From contig JACPWD010000032.1 of NCBI GenBank assembly GCA_016197285.1, positions 80,389 through 144,388 on the forward strand: DNA of 64,000 bases, in the 5' to 3' direction. Source of the DNA: Deltaproteobacteria bacterium (lineage in GTDB: Bacteria; Desulfobacterota; Binatia; Bin18). Numbering within the stretch: the stretch's first letter is position 1; the number at the start of each line of letters is the position of its first letter. The translations under genes and the position numbers were made by a program. The notes under the pieces were generated by a model that ran no database searches, was not told the DNA's origin, and saw only the letters and a list, made by a program, of their open reading frames with translations. Shown piece by piece: positions 43,835 through 53,427 of this stretch.

Positions 43835-44749
43835 ATGAAGATCATTCTTCTCGGGCAAGCTGCATTTGCCGAAAAGACGTTAGAGAAACTGGCGGGAAAA
43901 GGCGAAGAGGTACTGGCCGTCTTTTGTCCGCCCGATGCGCCAGGGGGGAAGTTCGACCCGGTGAAACAGCGCGCTTTGCAAATGGGCATTCCCGTCCATC
44001 AGCATAAAACCCTCAAGACGCCGGAAGTGCTTGAGCAGTTTACGGCTTTGCAGGCAGACCTCGCCATCTTAGCGTTCGTGACGCAAATCGTACCGCCGCC
44101 GGTGTTTACCGCCCCGCGATTCGGCAGCATTTGTTTCCATCCCTCGCTGCTGCCCAAATATCGCGGGCGCAGTGCCATCAACTGGGCGCTGATCAACGGC
44201 GAGAAGACCACCGGGATTTCCCTGTTCTGGGTCGATCAAGGGATCGATACCGGCCCGCTCCTCCTGACCAAGGAAGTAGAGGTCGATCCCGACGAGACCA
44301 CTGGCACGATTTACTTCAATAAACTCTTCCCTGTTGGCATTGAGGCGATTGCCGAGGCGGTCGAGCTCATTAAAGCCGGCAATCCCCCGCGTATTGTCCA
44401 AGACGAGTCTCTGGCCAATTACGATCCCCCGTGCGGCGATGAGCACGCGCGCATCGAGTGGACGAAACCCGCGCAGACTGTGTATAACCTGATCCGTGGG
44501 TGCGATCCGCAACCTGGGGCACATGCGACTTGGCAAGGTAAGATGGTGCGCTTCTACGATTGCCGTCTGCGAAGCGAGGCGACGACGGCGGCTCCCGGTC
44601 AGGTTGTGGAGGTCGGAGCGGAAGATGTGAACATTGCCGCCCCCGGTGGCGTGATTGTCGCGAAGAAAATGCGCGGCGAAGGCGGGAAGATTGCCGGGGC
44701 GGAATTTGCCAAGCAGTCTGGCCTGACGGTCGGGGCTCAATTTTCTTGA
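43835..44749 (+). CDS. Formyltransferase-fold protein resembling the 10-formyl-THF hydrolase domain of ALDH1L1
   Basis: GQAAF, FHPSLLPKYRGRSAINW, FWVDQGIDTG, KLFPVGI, NLIRGCDPQPGA. Confidence 0.8.
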   Translation: MKIILLGQAAFAEKTLEKLAGKGEEVLAVFCPPDAPGGKFDPVKQRALQMGIPVHQHKTLKTPEVLEQFTALQADLAILAFVTQIVPPPVFTAPRFGSICFHPSLLPKYRGRSAINWALINGEKTTGISLFWVDQGIDTGPLLLTKEVEVDPDETTGTIYFNKLFPVGIEAIAEAVELIKAGNPPRIVQDESLANYDPPCGDEHARIEWTKPAQTVYNLIRGCDPQPGAHATWQGKMVRFYDCRLRSEATTAAPGQVVEVGAEDVNIAAPGGVIVAKKMRGEGGKIAGAEFAKQSGLTVGAQFS

Positions 44750-45264
44750 GACGCCGCCGTTTCAAGGGTGCTGAACTCCAATTCGACCAGGAGCTGACCC
44801 AGCTCGACTAAATCGCCGGGGGAGATGTGAATCTTCTTCACGTGTCCAGTGCCCTCGGCCTTCAGTGCGTTTTCCATTTTCATGGCTTCGAGCAAGACGA
44901 GGGTTTGTCCGGCTTCGACTTGCGCCCCCGCTTGCACAAGCACTTGGAGGATTTTGCCCGGCATGGGAGAGCGGATCTCTGGATCGAGCCTACCAGCGTC
45001 TCGGGTACTGAATTTCGCCTTTTTCTCTGGCGCGTGGGAGAATTCGTAGACCCGCCCTTCGATAGAGACGAGGGTGCGTTGTCCGTCTCGTGCGAGGTGG
45101 GCGCGAAGTGGTTTGTCGTTTACTAGCAGCGTGAGCGAGCCATCCAGCGCGGCGAGGAGCCGGGCTTGCACAGGCTGTCCGTCGATGACGACGGCGTAAT
45201 CGTCCCCCTTCTTGTCGTACTCGACCGTCAGCGATCGTCCGCCGGAATGCAAAGTCGTTTTCAT
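44737..45264 (-). CDS. Biotin carboxyl carrier subunit of an acyl-CoA carboxylase
   Basis: SPMPG, EAMKM biotinylation motif. Confidence 0.92.
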   Translation of the reverse strand: MKTTLHSGGRSLTVEYDKKGDDYAVVIDGQPVQARLLAALDGSLTLLVNDKPLRAHLARDGQRTLVSIEGRVYEFSHAPEKKAKFSTRDAGRLDPEIRSPMPGKILQVLVQAGAQVEAGQTLVLLEAMKMENALKAEGTGHVKKIHISPGDLVELGQLLVELEFSTLETAASQEN

Positions 45265-45311
45265 CGCTCCATCTCTTTTGCTCTTTCAAAAGTCCGGGAC
45301 TAGCGGGAAGG

Positions 45312-46820
45312 CTACGCACCCATGCGCCAGCCGCCGAGCTGTTGCCAGGGCGTTTCTGGGTCGGCCTGGGGCATAGTTTCCGTGCGGCTTGTGACAGAAT
45401 GACCGAGCACGGCAGCCAGAGCAGCTTCAAAAACGTGAGTTTGCCTCTGCGGTTGCCAGTGCGAAAAATGCTCGGTCAAAAAGCCGGTGTGCGTCTCCCC
45501 GGACACGAACGCCGGATGGGCAATCAGGTCGAGAAGAAACTCGACATTCGTGGTCAGACCTAGGATGACGCTCTGCCGTAGCGCGGCTTCCATGCGTTTC
45601 CGCGCTTGCTCGCGGTCCTGCCCCCATGTGGAGAATTTGGCGATCAGCGGATCGTAGTACACCGAGACTTCGGTGTGCTGTTCGATGCCGGCATCGACTC
45701 TGATACCGGGACCGAGCGGCGCTTGCCAAGCCAGGATTTTGCCTGGAAAGGGGAAAAACCCATTGGCCGGGTCCTCCGCGTAGATGCGGCACTCGAGGGC
45801 ATGACCTTTTGCTTGTACGTCGTCCTGTCGCAAGCCCAAATGCTCGCCAGCGGCGATACGAATCTGTTCTCGTACCAGATCGAGCCGCGTGACCCATTCG
45901 GTAATGGGGTGCTCGACCTGCAGCCGCGCGTTCACTTCGAGAAAATAAAACCGTCCTTCCGAGTCGAGGATGAACTCGACCGTGCCGGCATTGTAATAGC
46001 CGGCGGCCTTGGCGACCGTCAGCGCGGCTGCCGTCAGCTGTGAGCGCAGTTCCGCTGACACGGCTGGAGACGGGGTTTCTTCGAGAATTTTCTGGTAGCG
46101 GCGTTGGATCGAGCATTCGCGCTCGCCTAGATGAATGAGCGCGCCATGCTTGTCGCCCAGAATTTGCACTTCGATGTGGCGTGGGCGTTCGAGGTAGCGT
46201 TCGAGATAGACCGTCCCGTCGGCGAAGGCGGCGATGGCTTCGCGTTGCGCAGCAGCAACCGCGTCGGCGAGATCTTTTTCTTGACGCACGATGCGCATGC
46301 CTTTGCCGCCGCCACCGGCTGCGGCTTTAATTAAGAGCGGATAGCCAAGGGCGTGCGCTTGTTCGCGCAGGAGAGCCGGGTCTGAAGACGGATTTTCCAG
46401 CGCTGGGATTACCGGCACGCCGAGTTTGGTCACGGTCTGGCGCGCGAAGATTTTGTTGCCCACGGCTTCGAGGGAGTGTGGCGCCGGGCCGATGAACGTC
46501 AGTCCGGCGGCTTCCACGCGGCGGGCAAAAGCGGCATTTTCTGAGAGAAAGCCGTAGCCCGGGTGGATCGCTTCCGCGCCGGTCTGTTTCGCTACCTGTA
46601 GAATGGCGTCAACATTGAGATAACTCGCCGCTGCTGGGGCTGGTCCGATGTGGACTGCCTCATGAGCAGCATACACATGGGGAGAGGAAAGGTCGGCGTC
46701 GGAGTAAATCGCCACGGTGGCGATGCCCATTTCATGACACGTGCGGGCAACGCGGCTGGCGATTTCTCCTCGGTTCGCGATCAAGATCTTTTTGAACACT
46801 GGGGCATGATGACGTGACAA
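45312..46820 (-). CDS. Biotin carboxylase subunit (acyl-CoA carboxylase alpha)
   Basis: ILIANRGEIA, HPGYGFLSEN, GGGGKGMR, RECSIQRR, RLQVEHP. Confidence 0.95.
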   Translation of the reverse strand: MSRHHAPVFKKILIANRGEIASRVARTCHEMGIATVAIYSDADLSSPHVYAAHEAVHIGPAPAAASYLNVDAILQVAKQTGAEAIHPGYGFLSENAAFARRVEAAGLTFIGPAPHSLEAVGNKIFARQTVTKLGVPVIPALENPSSDPALLREQAHALGYPLLIKAAAGGGGKGMRIVRQEKDLADAVAAAQREAIAAFADGTVYLERYLERPRHIEVQILGDKHGALIHLGERECSIQRRYQKILEETPSPAVSAELRSQLTAAALTVAKAAGYYNAGTVEFILDSEGRFYFLEVNARLQVEHPITEWVTRLDLVREQIRIAAGEHLGLRQDDVQAKGHALECRIYAEDPANGFFPFPGKILAWQAPLGPGIRVDAGIEQHTEVSVYYDPLIAKFSTWGQDREQARKRMEAALRQSVILGLTTNVEFLLDLIAHPAFVSGETHTGFLTEHFSHWQPQRQTHVFEAALAAVLGHSVTSRTETMPQADPETPWQQLGGWRMGA

Positions 46821-46865
46821 AAAGGATCTGACAAGAGCGGGGAGAGCGGTCTGGGAACGATGAGC

Positions 46866-47993
46866 CTAATGAGCGACCTGGAGACGCCTGCTTACCGAAG
46901 TGAGGCCAGGAACCGGCACCCAGGATCTCCCATTCGTCCCTTGGCGGTGTGCGGGGGGACTGCTCGCTGGTTTACTTTGGGAGCGGACCTTCTGGTACTG
47001 GCGATAGTCATAGCCGGTCGCCATGGCCATGAGGAGGCGATCCATCCCTCCGGCGCGTTCACGCCGCAGGACTTGGAGGCGCTCGAAGAAGTCTTTGAAA
47101 TCTTTATGCACCCGTAACTGGTTCTCTACCGGCCGCAAAAAGAAGTCTTTCAGACGGGTGACAGTAAAACGCAGGGCAGAGAAGCGCAATTCGTTAGGAA
47201 AAGCGTCCCATTCCCCGAGCGACAGGGTGCGGACGTCTTGGTAGCCATGCACAAGCGCATCGAAGCGGTCGCTGAGATAGTTGCCGTCGATGTAGCACAA
47301 GGCGTTCACGGCAGTGGCAAGGTCATAGATGAATTTTCCATGCCCTGCCGCCTCGAAATCGAGCACTGCCGCCACCCTGCCCGTGCGAAAGAGGATGTTG
47401 TCGGCAAACAAGTCGCCGTGAATCACCCCTTTCGGAAGCCGTTCCTCTGCGAAGTGCGCCTGATGGCTCAGTTCATCATCGAGGACGTGGATCAGGTGAC
47501 GGAAATAGGAGGGAAGATGGGTCTTCACTGCGGGATAGAGATCGACAATACGTTCGAAGCAGAAACGATTTTCCAGGGGCCTTTTGTAGGTTTGTCCGAG
47601 AAGGTGGAGCGAAGCGAGCGCCCGCCCAGTTTTTTCTAATTGACCGAGGGTAAAGTCTTTTTCCGTGAAGACGGCACCGGCGATGAACGGACACACAGAC
47701 ACCGTTTTGCCTTCATAGTCCGTTAAAAAGCGGCCTTCTCGGTTCGCCAGCGGACGTGGGCAGGCAAAGCCGTGCGCGCGGAGGAACAGCAGGAGTTCTA
47801 GCTCGCGTTGTGCCTCGTGGCGGCGCTTCACCTCGTCGATTTTGAGGAAAAATTTCCCCTTCTGGGTTTCGAGAAGATAGTGCGTGTTGACCGAGCCGGC
47901 TGGAACGCCAGACGCTTTCGTGAGCTTGCCGAGGCCGTAGTCTTCGGCAAAACCGGCCAACACCTTGCGACTCAACACTGTGTATACCGCCAT
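46866..47993 (-). CDS. thrB: Homoserine kinase type II (APH-like)
   Basis: MAVYT, GSVNTHY, IHGDLFADN, LDF, ALRFTVTRL. Confidence 0.85.
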   Translation of the reverse strand: MAVYTVLSRKVLAGFAEDYGLGKLTKASGVPAGSVNTHYLLETQKGKFFLKIDEVKRRHEAQRELELLLFLRAHGFACPRPLANREGRFLTDYEGKTVSVCPFIAGAVFTEKDFTLGQLEKTGRALASLHLLGQTYKRPLENRFCFERIVDLYPAVKTHLPSYFRHLIHVLDDELSHQAHFAEERLPKGVIHGDLFADNILFRTGRVAAVLDFEAAGHGKFIYDLATAVNALCYIDGNYLSDRFDALVHGYQDVRTLSLGEWDAFPNELRFSALRFTVTRLKDFFLRPVENQLRVHKDFKDFFERLQVLRRERAGGMDRLLMAMATGYDYRQYQKVRSQSKPASSPPAHRQGTNGRSWVPVPGLTSVSRRLQVAH

Positions 47994-48272
47994 GGCTCTC
48001 TGTTTCTTGCGACCTGAAAGGTCCTAGGGTTGCTTCGTTTTGGGCCTCTCTTTTATCCCTCGTTTTTTGTTTATTGTCAAGGGAAATATGACTGAACGTC
48101 CATTCACATAAAAGCCGAGATATGGCTGAAATATAAGTGAATATCCATTCATTCTTCAAAGTGGCGGAAGATGGGCGAGAAGAAAAGAATTTCCTTGTAA
48201 AGCGGAGATGTTCGGGGGAAGCACCGACAGGAGGAGCGTGAAGACCCAGCCGCATCGGCGGCGGCGTCTTCT

Positions 48273-48302
48273 TTGACCTTTGCGTCTATTCTGATGTACA
48301 AT
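48273..48302 (+). promoter_or_regulatory. Putative sigma70 promoter for MFS/PQQ dehydrogenase genes
   Basis: TTGACC, 18-bp spacer, TACAAT. Confidence 0.5.
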
Positions 48303-48414
48303 CCTCGCGTTCGCCACACATGGGCGACGTATTTCCTAATCGTGCCTGAACCAATTCGAGAGCGAGAAGATGAGCGTGGGCCGGAATCGGTTGCGCAGGA
48401 AGTGAGGGTGTAAC

Positions 48415-49608
48415 ATGACACAAGGGATGAACAAGAAAGTCTTGGCGCTGTTGGGGCTTGGCCATCTGATGGTGGACCTCAACACTGGCGCGCTGCCGGC
48501 GCTGTTGCCGTTCCTCAAAAACACGTTCGACCTTTCCTACACCATGACTGGGATGTTGGTGTTGGTCGCCAGCCTGTCTTCTTCTCTCATCCAGCCTGTG
48601 TTTGGCTATCTCTCGGACCGAAGTGCGCGGGCTTGGCTGTTGCCTGTCGGGGTGATCGCCGCGACCTGCGGCATGGCGACGATTGGGCTAGCACCGAACT
48701 TTGGCGGGTTACTGCTCTTGATTTTCATTAGCGGTCTTGGCATCGCCAGCTATCATCCGGAAGCCTACAAGACTGCGTACCTTGCCACTGGCGAGAAGAA
48801 GGCTACCGGCATTTCGCTCTTCTCGGTGGGCGGGAATATCGGCTACGGTCTCGGACCTTTGGTGGTGGCATTCTGCTTGACCATGTTTGGGCAACAGGGA
48901 TTGCTGCTCTTGTGGGTGCCTGGGCTGCTGGTCGGCGGTTTGTTTCTGCGGGCGCTGCCATGGCTGTCGCGTAACAATGAGAGCATGGCGCAGCAGCACC
49001 GCAGCGGTGCTGCTGCGCCGGCACCCTATGCCCTGGCCCTCGTGCTCGGTGTGGTGTCTCTCGGTGCGTGCGTGCATTCGGGCATGGTGACCTATGTTCC
49101 TCTCTATTTCTCCGAGCGTGGAGATACCGCCATCGTGGTCGGCTCGCTGCTCTCGCTATTTTTGATTTCCGGGGCCGTGGGTACATTGATCGCCGGACCG
49201 CTGTCCGACCGCATCGGGCATAAGAAGTTTCTCGTGCTCAGCATGGGCGTGCTGTGTCCGTTGATTCTCCTCTTCTTGCGGTCGAGCGGACCGATGAGCA
49301 TTGTCATCCTTTCGATTATTGGCGCCTGTTTATCGCCGATGTTCTCCGTGACACTCGTCATCGCGCAGACGCTTATGAAAGGTCGACTGGGCGCGACGGC
49401 GGGTTTGATGACCGGGCTTGGCATTGGTGCCGGCGGTCTGGGCGTGACCGCGCTGGGGAAAGTGGCCGACGTGTGGGGAGTGGAAACCGCGATGCACGTC
49501 GTGAGCGTGCTGCCGCTACTGCCTTGGGCATTGATCTGGCTTCTGCCCTCGGGTGCTTCCACTCGGCGGGAGCCCGCAGGGCAATTCCAACCGGCGACAG
49601 CGAAGTAA
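48415..49608 (+). CDS. MFS transporter (Fsr-like)
   Basis: GHLMVD, SSLIQPVFGYLSDR, YHPEA, FSVGGNIG; about 12 hydrophobic segments. Confidence 0.88.
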   Translation: MTQGMNKKVLALLGLGHLMVDLNTGALPALLPFLKNTFDLSYTMTGMLVLVASLSSSLIQPVFGYLSDRSARAWLLPVGVIAATCGMATIGLAPNFGGLLLLIFISGLGIASYHPEAYKTAYLATGEKKATGISLFSVGGNIGYGLGPLVVAFCLTMFGQQGLLLLWVPGLLVGGLFLRALPWLSRNNESMAQQHRSGAAAPAPYALALVLGVVSLGACVHSGMVTYVPLYFSERGDTAIVVGSLLSLFLISGAVGTLIAGPLSDRIGHKKFLVLSMGVLCPLILLFLRSSGPMSIVILSIIGACLSPMFSVTLVIAQTLMKGRLGATAGLMTGLGIGAGGLGVTALGKVADVWGVETAMHVVSVLPLLPWALIWLLPSGASTRREPAGQFQPATAK

Positions 49609-49618
49609 GGGAGATTCT

Positions 49619-51502
49619 ATGAAGAAGTTGAAGGGAACGACACTGCGCCGGACGATGGCGGCACTGACAATAACAGCCATGTTGCTGGCCTCAGGAATAG
49701 GACAGTCTGCTAGCCCACCCGACACCGACTGGCTGAGCTACAACGGGACGGTGAATGGTCAGCGCTACTCGCCGCTTGATCAGATCAACGTGCAAAATGT
49801 GGCGTCGCTCGCCGAAGTTTGCCGTCTGAAGGTCGACGATTCGGGGACGTTTCAGGCTGGGCTCGTCCAGATCGAGGGGACGCTGTATCTCACCAACGCG
49901 CACGACACTCTCGCAGTCGACGCGACGAATTGCACGTTGCGTTGGCGCAACGTCTATCGGCCCGAGCAGGAGGATGTCTACCAGATCAATCGTGGCGTCG
50001 CCTTCGCGAACGGCAAGCTGTTCCGTGGGACGCCCGATGGTCGCATGCTGGCGATCGATGCGGCGAGCGGCAAGACGCTCTGGCAGCAGCAGGTCGGCGA
50101 TCCGGCGCAGGGAGAATTCTTCAGCTCCGTGCCGGCGATTTGGCAAGGTCTTCTGATCGCCGGTACGGCCGGTAGCGACTGGGGGATTCGTGGGCGGATC
50201 ATGGCCTACGAGCAGGAGAGTGGCCGTGAGGTGTGGCGCTTTTTTACCGTCCCGCGTGGTAAGGAAACAGGTGCCGAGACTTGGAAGGATTGGAAGAGTG
50301 CGCGTTATGGCGGCGGAGGTAGTTGGACGACCTATACGCTCGACATGGCCAGTGGCGAGGTATTCGCGCCGGTCGGCAATCCCGCGCCTGACTTTGCCCC
50401 CGCCCATCGACCAGGAGCGAATCTCTTCACCGACAGTATGGTCGTCCTCGATGCGCGCACGGGTGCACTGAAGTGGTGGCATCAGATGCTCTCGAACGAT
50501 GGGCTCGATCTCGATCTCGCCGCCGCACCGATGTTGTATTGGAACAGCCGAGGCGAGCCGATGGTCGCGATCGGCAGTAAGGATGGGCATCTCTACGGCG
50601 TCAACCGCGAAACGCAGGAGCGCGTGTTCAAGACCCCGGTGACGACCATTAAGAAGCCCGACCGCGCGCCGACCACGCAGGGCGTGCATAGCTGTCCGGG
50701 GCCGTTGGGCGGGGTCGAATGGAACGGACCCGCCTACGATCAGCTAGCGAAACAGATTGTGGTGGGCTCTGTCGACTGGTGTGCGCTCTTCAAGTCCGAT
50801 GAGGTCGATTACCAGCCCGGCAAATTCCTGTTCGCCGGGAGTTATGTGTTGGATGACGCAAAGCGCGGCTGGGTAAGCGCAGTCGATCCAGATTCCGGCG
50901 CATTGCGCTGGCAGTATCACTCCGACGCGCCCGTCGTCGCTGGCGTCACCCCGACCGCTGGCGGCGTGACCTTCACTGGCGACATGAGCGGAAATTTCCT
51001 CGCGCTCGAATCCGCCACCAGCAAACCGCTGCTCAAGACTGCCACCGGTGGCGCGTTAGCGGGTGGCGTGATTACCTATGCGCTTGGCGGCAAGCAGTAC
51101 GTGGCAATCACCTCGGGCAATGTTTCGTCGCGCTTGTCATTTGGCGAGAGCGGCAAACCGTCGATGGTCATCTACGCGCTTGCAGAAAGCGGGCAGTCGG
51201 CAGCAAAAGCACCGTCTCCGCAGTCCGCTGCGCCGACGGTGCCAACTACAGTAACCGCAGCAGCAGCTGCTCCAGACGCGGGACGTGGCAAGGAGCTGTT
51301 CAACAAGAACTGCGCGGCTTGCCATGGGAGGAGCGGTGAGGGTGCCGCCGGGCCGGCCTTGAAAGGCGTGCGCACGCGGCTCGATTTCGCTACCACGGTC
51401 AACTGGATCGAGAACCCCTCGGCGAAGATGCCACGCCTCTATCCCTCCACGCTCGATGCGCAGGCGGTGGTCGATGTGGCGGCGTACGTCCAGGGGTTCT
51501 GA
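49619..51502 (+). CDS. Secreted PQQ-dependent dehydrogenase with C-terminal cytochrome c, copy 1
   Basis: Signal peptide, QRYSPLDQIN, NRGVA, Trp-docking repeats, GNPAP, GGVEW, CAACH heme motif. Confidence 0.9.
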   Translation: MKKLKGTTLRRTMAALTITAMLLASGIGQSASPPDTDWLSYNGTVNGQRYSPLDQINVQNVASLAEVCRLKVDDSGTFQAGLVQIEGTLYLTNAHDTLAVDATNCTLRWRNVYRPEQEDVYQINRGVAFANGKLFRGTPDGRMLAIDAASGKTLWQQQVGDPAQGEFFSSVPAIWQGLLIAGTAGSDWGIRGRIMAYEQESGREVWRFFTVPRGKETGAETWKDWKSARYGGGGSWTTYTLDMASGEVFAPVGNPAPDFAPAHRPGANLFTDSMVVLDARTGALKWWHQMLSNDGLDLDLAAAPMLYWNSRGEPMVAIGSKDGHLYGVNRETQERVFKTPVTTIKKPDRAPTTQGVHSCPGPLGGVEWNGPAYDQLAKQIVVGSVDWCALFKSDEVDYQPGKFLFAGSYVLDDAKRGWVSAVDPDSGALRWQYHSDAPVVAGVTPTAGGVTFTGDMSGNFLALESATSKPLLKTATGGALAGGVITYALGGKQYVAITSGNVSSRLSFGESGKPSMVIYALAESGQSAAKAPSPQSAAPTVPTTVTAAAAAPDAGRGKELFNKNCAACHGRSGEGAAGPALKGVRTRLDFATTVNWIENPSAKMPRLYPSTLDAQAVVDVAAYVQGF

Positions 51503-51539
51503 AGGCGAAACCGAGAAGACCAAAGATAGGGGAGAGACT

Positions 51540-53417
51540 ATGACGTACAAGAGAATGGTGCGCCGTCAGATGGTAGCGACACTGGCGCTTATGTCCACTA
51601 TGTTATCATCAAGAGTGAGTAACGCTGCCGGCCCACCCGACACGGACTGGCTGAGCTACAACGGGACGGTGAACGGCCAGCGCTACTCGCCGCTCGATCA
51701 GATCAACGTGCAGAACGTGGCGTCGCTCGCCGAAGTCTGCCGTCTCAAGGTGGACGATTCGGGAACGTTTCAAGCCGGGCCTCTGCAAATTGATGGTACG
51801 CTGTACCTCACCAACTCGTACGACACCCTCGCGGTTGATGCGACCAACTGCACGGTACGCTGGCGCAATGTCTACAAACCTGAGCAAGAAGGCGTCTTCT
51901 TGATTAACCGGGGCGTGGCCTTTGCGAACGGCAAGCTGTTCCGTGGTACACCCGATAGCCGTCTGCTCGCCATTGATGCGGCCACGGGCAAGACGCTCTG
52001 GCAGCAGCAGGTCGGTGATCCGACGCAAGGCGAATTCTTCAGCTCGGTGCCGGTGATTTGGCAAGGGCTTTTGATCGTCGGTTCGGCGGGCAGCGACTGG
52101 GGGATTCGTGGGCGCATTATGGCCTACGAGCAGGAGAGCGGGCGTGAGGTGTGGCGTTTCTACACGATCCCGCGCGGCAACGAGGTCGGTGCCGAGACTT
52201 GGAAGGACCGCAACAGTGCACGCTACGGCGGCGGTGGCAGTTGGACCACGTATACCCTCGACATGGCGAGCGGCGAAGTATTTGTGCCGGTCGGCAACCC
52301 TGCGCCTGACTTCGTGCCGAGCCACCGGCCCGGGGCGAACCTTTTCTCTGACAGTATGGTTGTGCTCGACGCGCGCACCGGCGCACTCAAGTGGTGGCAT
52401 CAGATGCTACCGAACGACGGGTTGGATCTCGATCTTGCTGCGGCACCGATGCTGTACTGGAACCGCGCCGGAGAGCCGATGGTCGCCATCGGCAGCAAGG
52501 ATGGGTATCTCTACGGCGTCAATCGCGAAACCCAAAAACGGATCTTTCTGACTCCCGTGACTACTATCAAGAAACCGGATCGTGCACCGACCTCGAAGGG
52601 CGTGTATACCTGCCCGGGGCCGCTTGGTGGTGTCGAATGGAACGGTCCGGCCTACGATCATGGAGCGAAACAGATCGTGGTGGGATCGGTCGATTGGTGT
52701 TCGATCCTCAAGTCCGACGAGGTTGATTACCAGCCCGGCAAGTTCTTCGTCGCCGGGAGTTGGGAACCGGATCCTACCTGGAGCGGTTGGGTGACGGCGG
52801 TCGATCCCGATTCCGGCACTGTGCGGTGGAAATATCACGCCGACACCCCCGTGGTTGCGGGCATTACGCCGACCGCTGGTGGCGTGACGTTCACTGGCGA
52901 TATGGGCGGCAATTTCCTCGCGCTCGAATCTGCCACCGGCAAACTGTTGCTCAAGACGGCGACTGGCGGATCGCTCGCGGGTGGTGTGATCACGTATGCG
53001 CTCGACGGTAAGCAGTACGTGGCCCTCACCTCGGGCAACGTCTCGCGCATGTCGTTTGGCGAGGGAGGCAAACCGACACTGATCCTCTACGCGCTCGCAG
53101 ATGGCGCACGTTCGGCAGCGCCAGTACCCGCGCAGCAGTCCGCTGCACCAACGGTTCCGACCACAGTAACCGCAGCCGCTTCTACCCCGGACGCGGGACG
53201 TGGCAAGGAGCTGTTTGGCAAGAACTGCGCGGCTTGCCATGGGAGGAGTGGTGAAGGTGGCACTGGTCCAGCCTTGACCGGCATACGTTCGCGGCTCGAT
53301 TTCGCGGCTACCGTCAACTGGATCGAGAACCCCTCGGCGAAGATGCCACGCCTCTATCCTTCCACGTTCGATGCGCAGGCGGTGGTCGACGTGGCGGCGT
53401 ACGTCCAGGGGTTCTGA
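51540..53417 (+). CDS. Secreted PQQ-dependent dehydrogenase with C-terminal cytochrome c, copy 2
   Basis: Same motifs as copy 1 with long identical peptide stretches. Confidence 0.9.
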   Translation: MTYKRMVRRQMVATLALMSTMLSSRVSNAAGPPDTDWLSYNGTVNGQRYSPLDQINVQNVASLAEVCRLKVDDSGTFQAGPLQIDGTLYLTNSYDTLAVDATNCTVRWRNVYKPEQEGVFLINRGVAFANGKLFRGTPDSRLLAIDAATGKTLWQQQVGDPTQGEFFSSVPVIWQGLLIVGSAGSDWGIRGRIMAYEQESGREVWRFYTIPRGNEVGAETWKDRNSARYGGGGSWTTYTLDMASGEVFVPVGNPAPDFVPSHRPGANLFSDSMVVLDARTGALKWWHQMLPNDGLDLDLAAAPMLYWNRAGEPMVAIGSKDGYLYGVNRETQKRIFLTPVTTIKKPDRAPTSKGVYTCPGPLGGVEWNGPAYDHGAKQIVVGSVDWCSILKSDEVDYQPGKFFVAGSWEPDPTWSGWVTAVDPDSGTVRWKYHADTPVVAGITPTAGGVTFTGDMGGNFLALESATGKLLLKTATGGSLAGGVITYALDGKQYVALTSGNVSRMSFGEGGKPTLILYALADGARSAAPVPAQQSAAPTVPTTVTAAASTPDAGRGKELFGKNCAACHGRSGEGGTGPALTGIRSRLDFAATVNWIENPSAKMPRLYPSTFDAQAVVDVAAYVQGF

Positions 53418-53427
53418 AGGCGACGAC

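Noticed and set aside
43835..44749. Naming this gene fmt
   Set aside because: Lacks the typical Fmt N-terminal MGTP motif and a def neighbour; closer to the ALDH1L1-type domain
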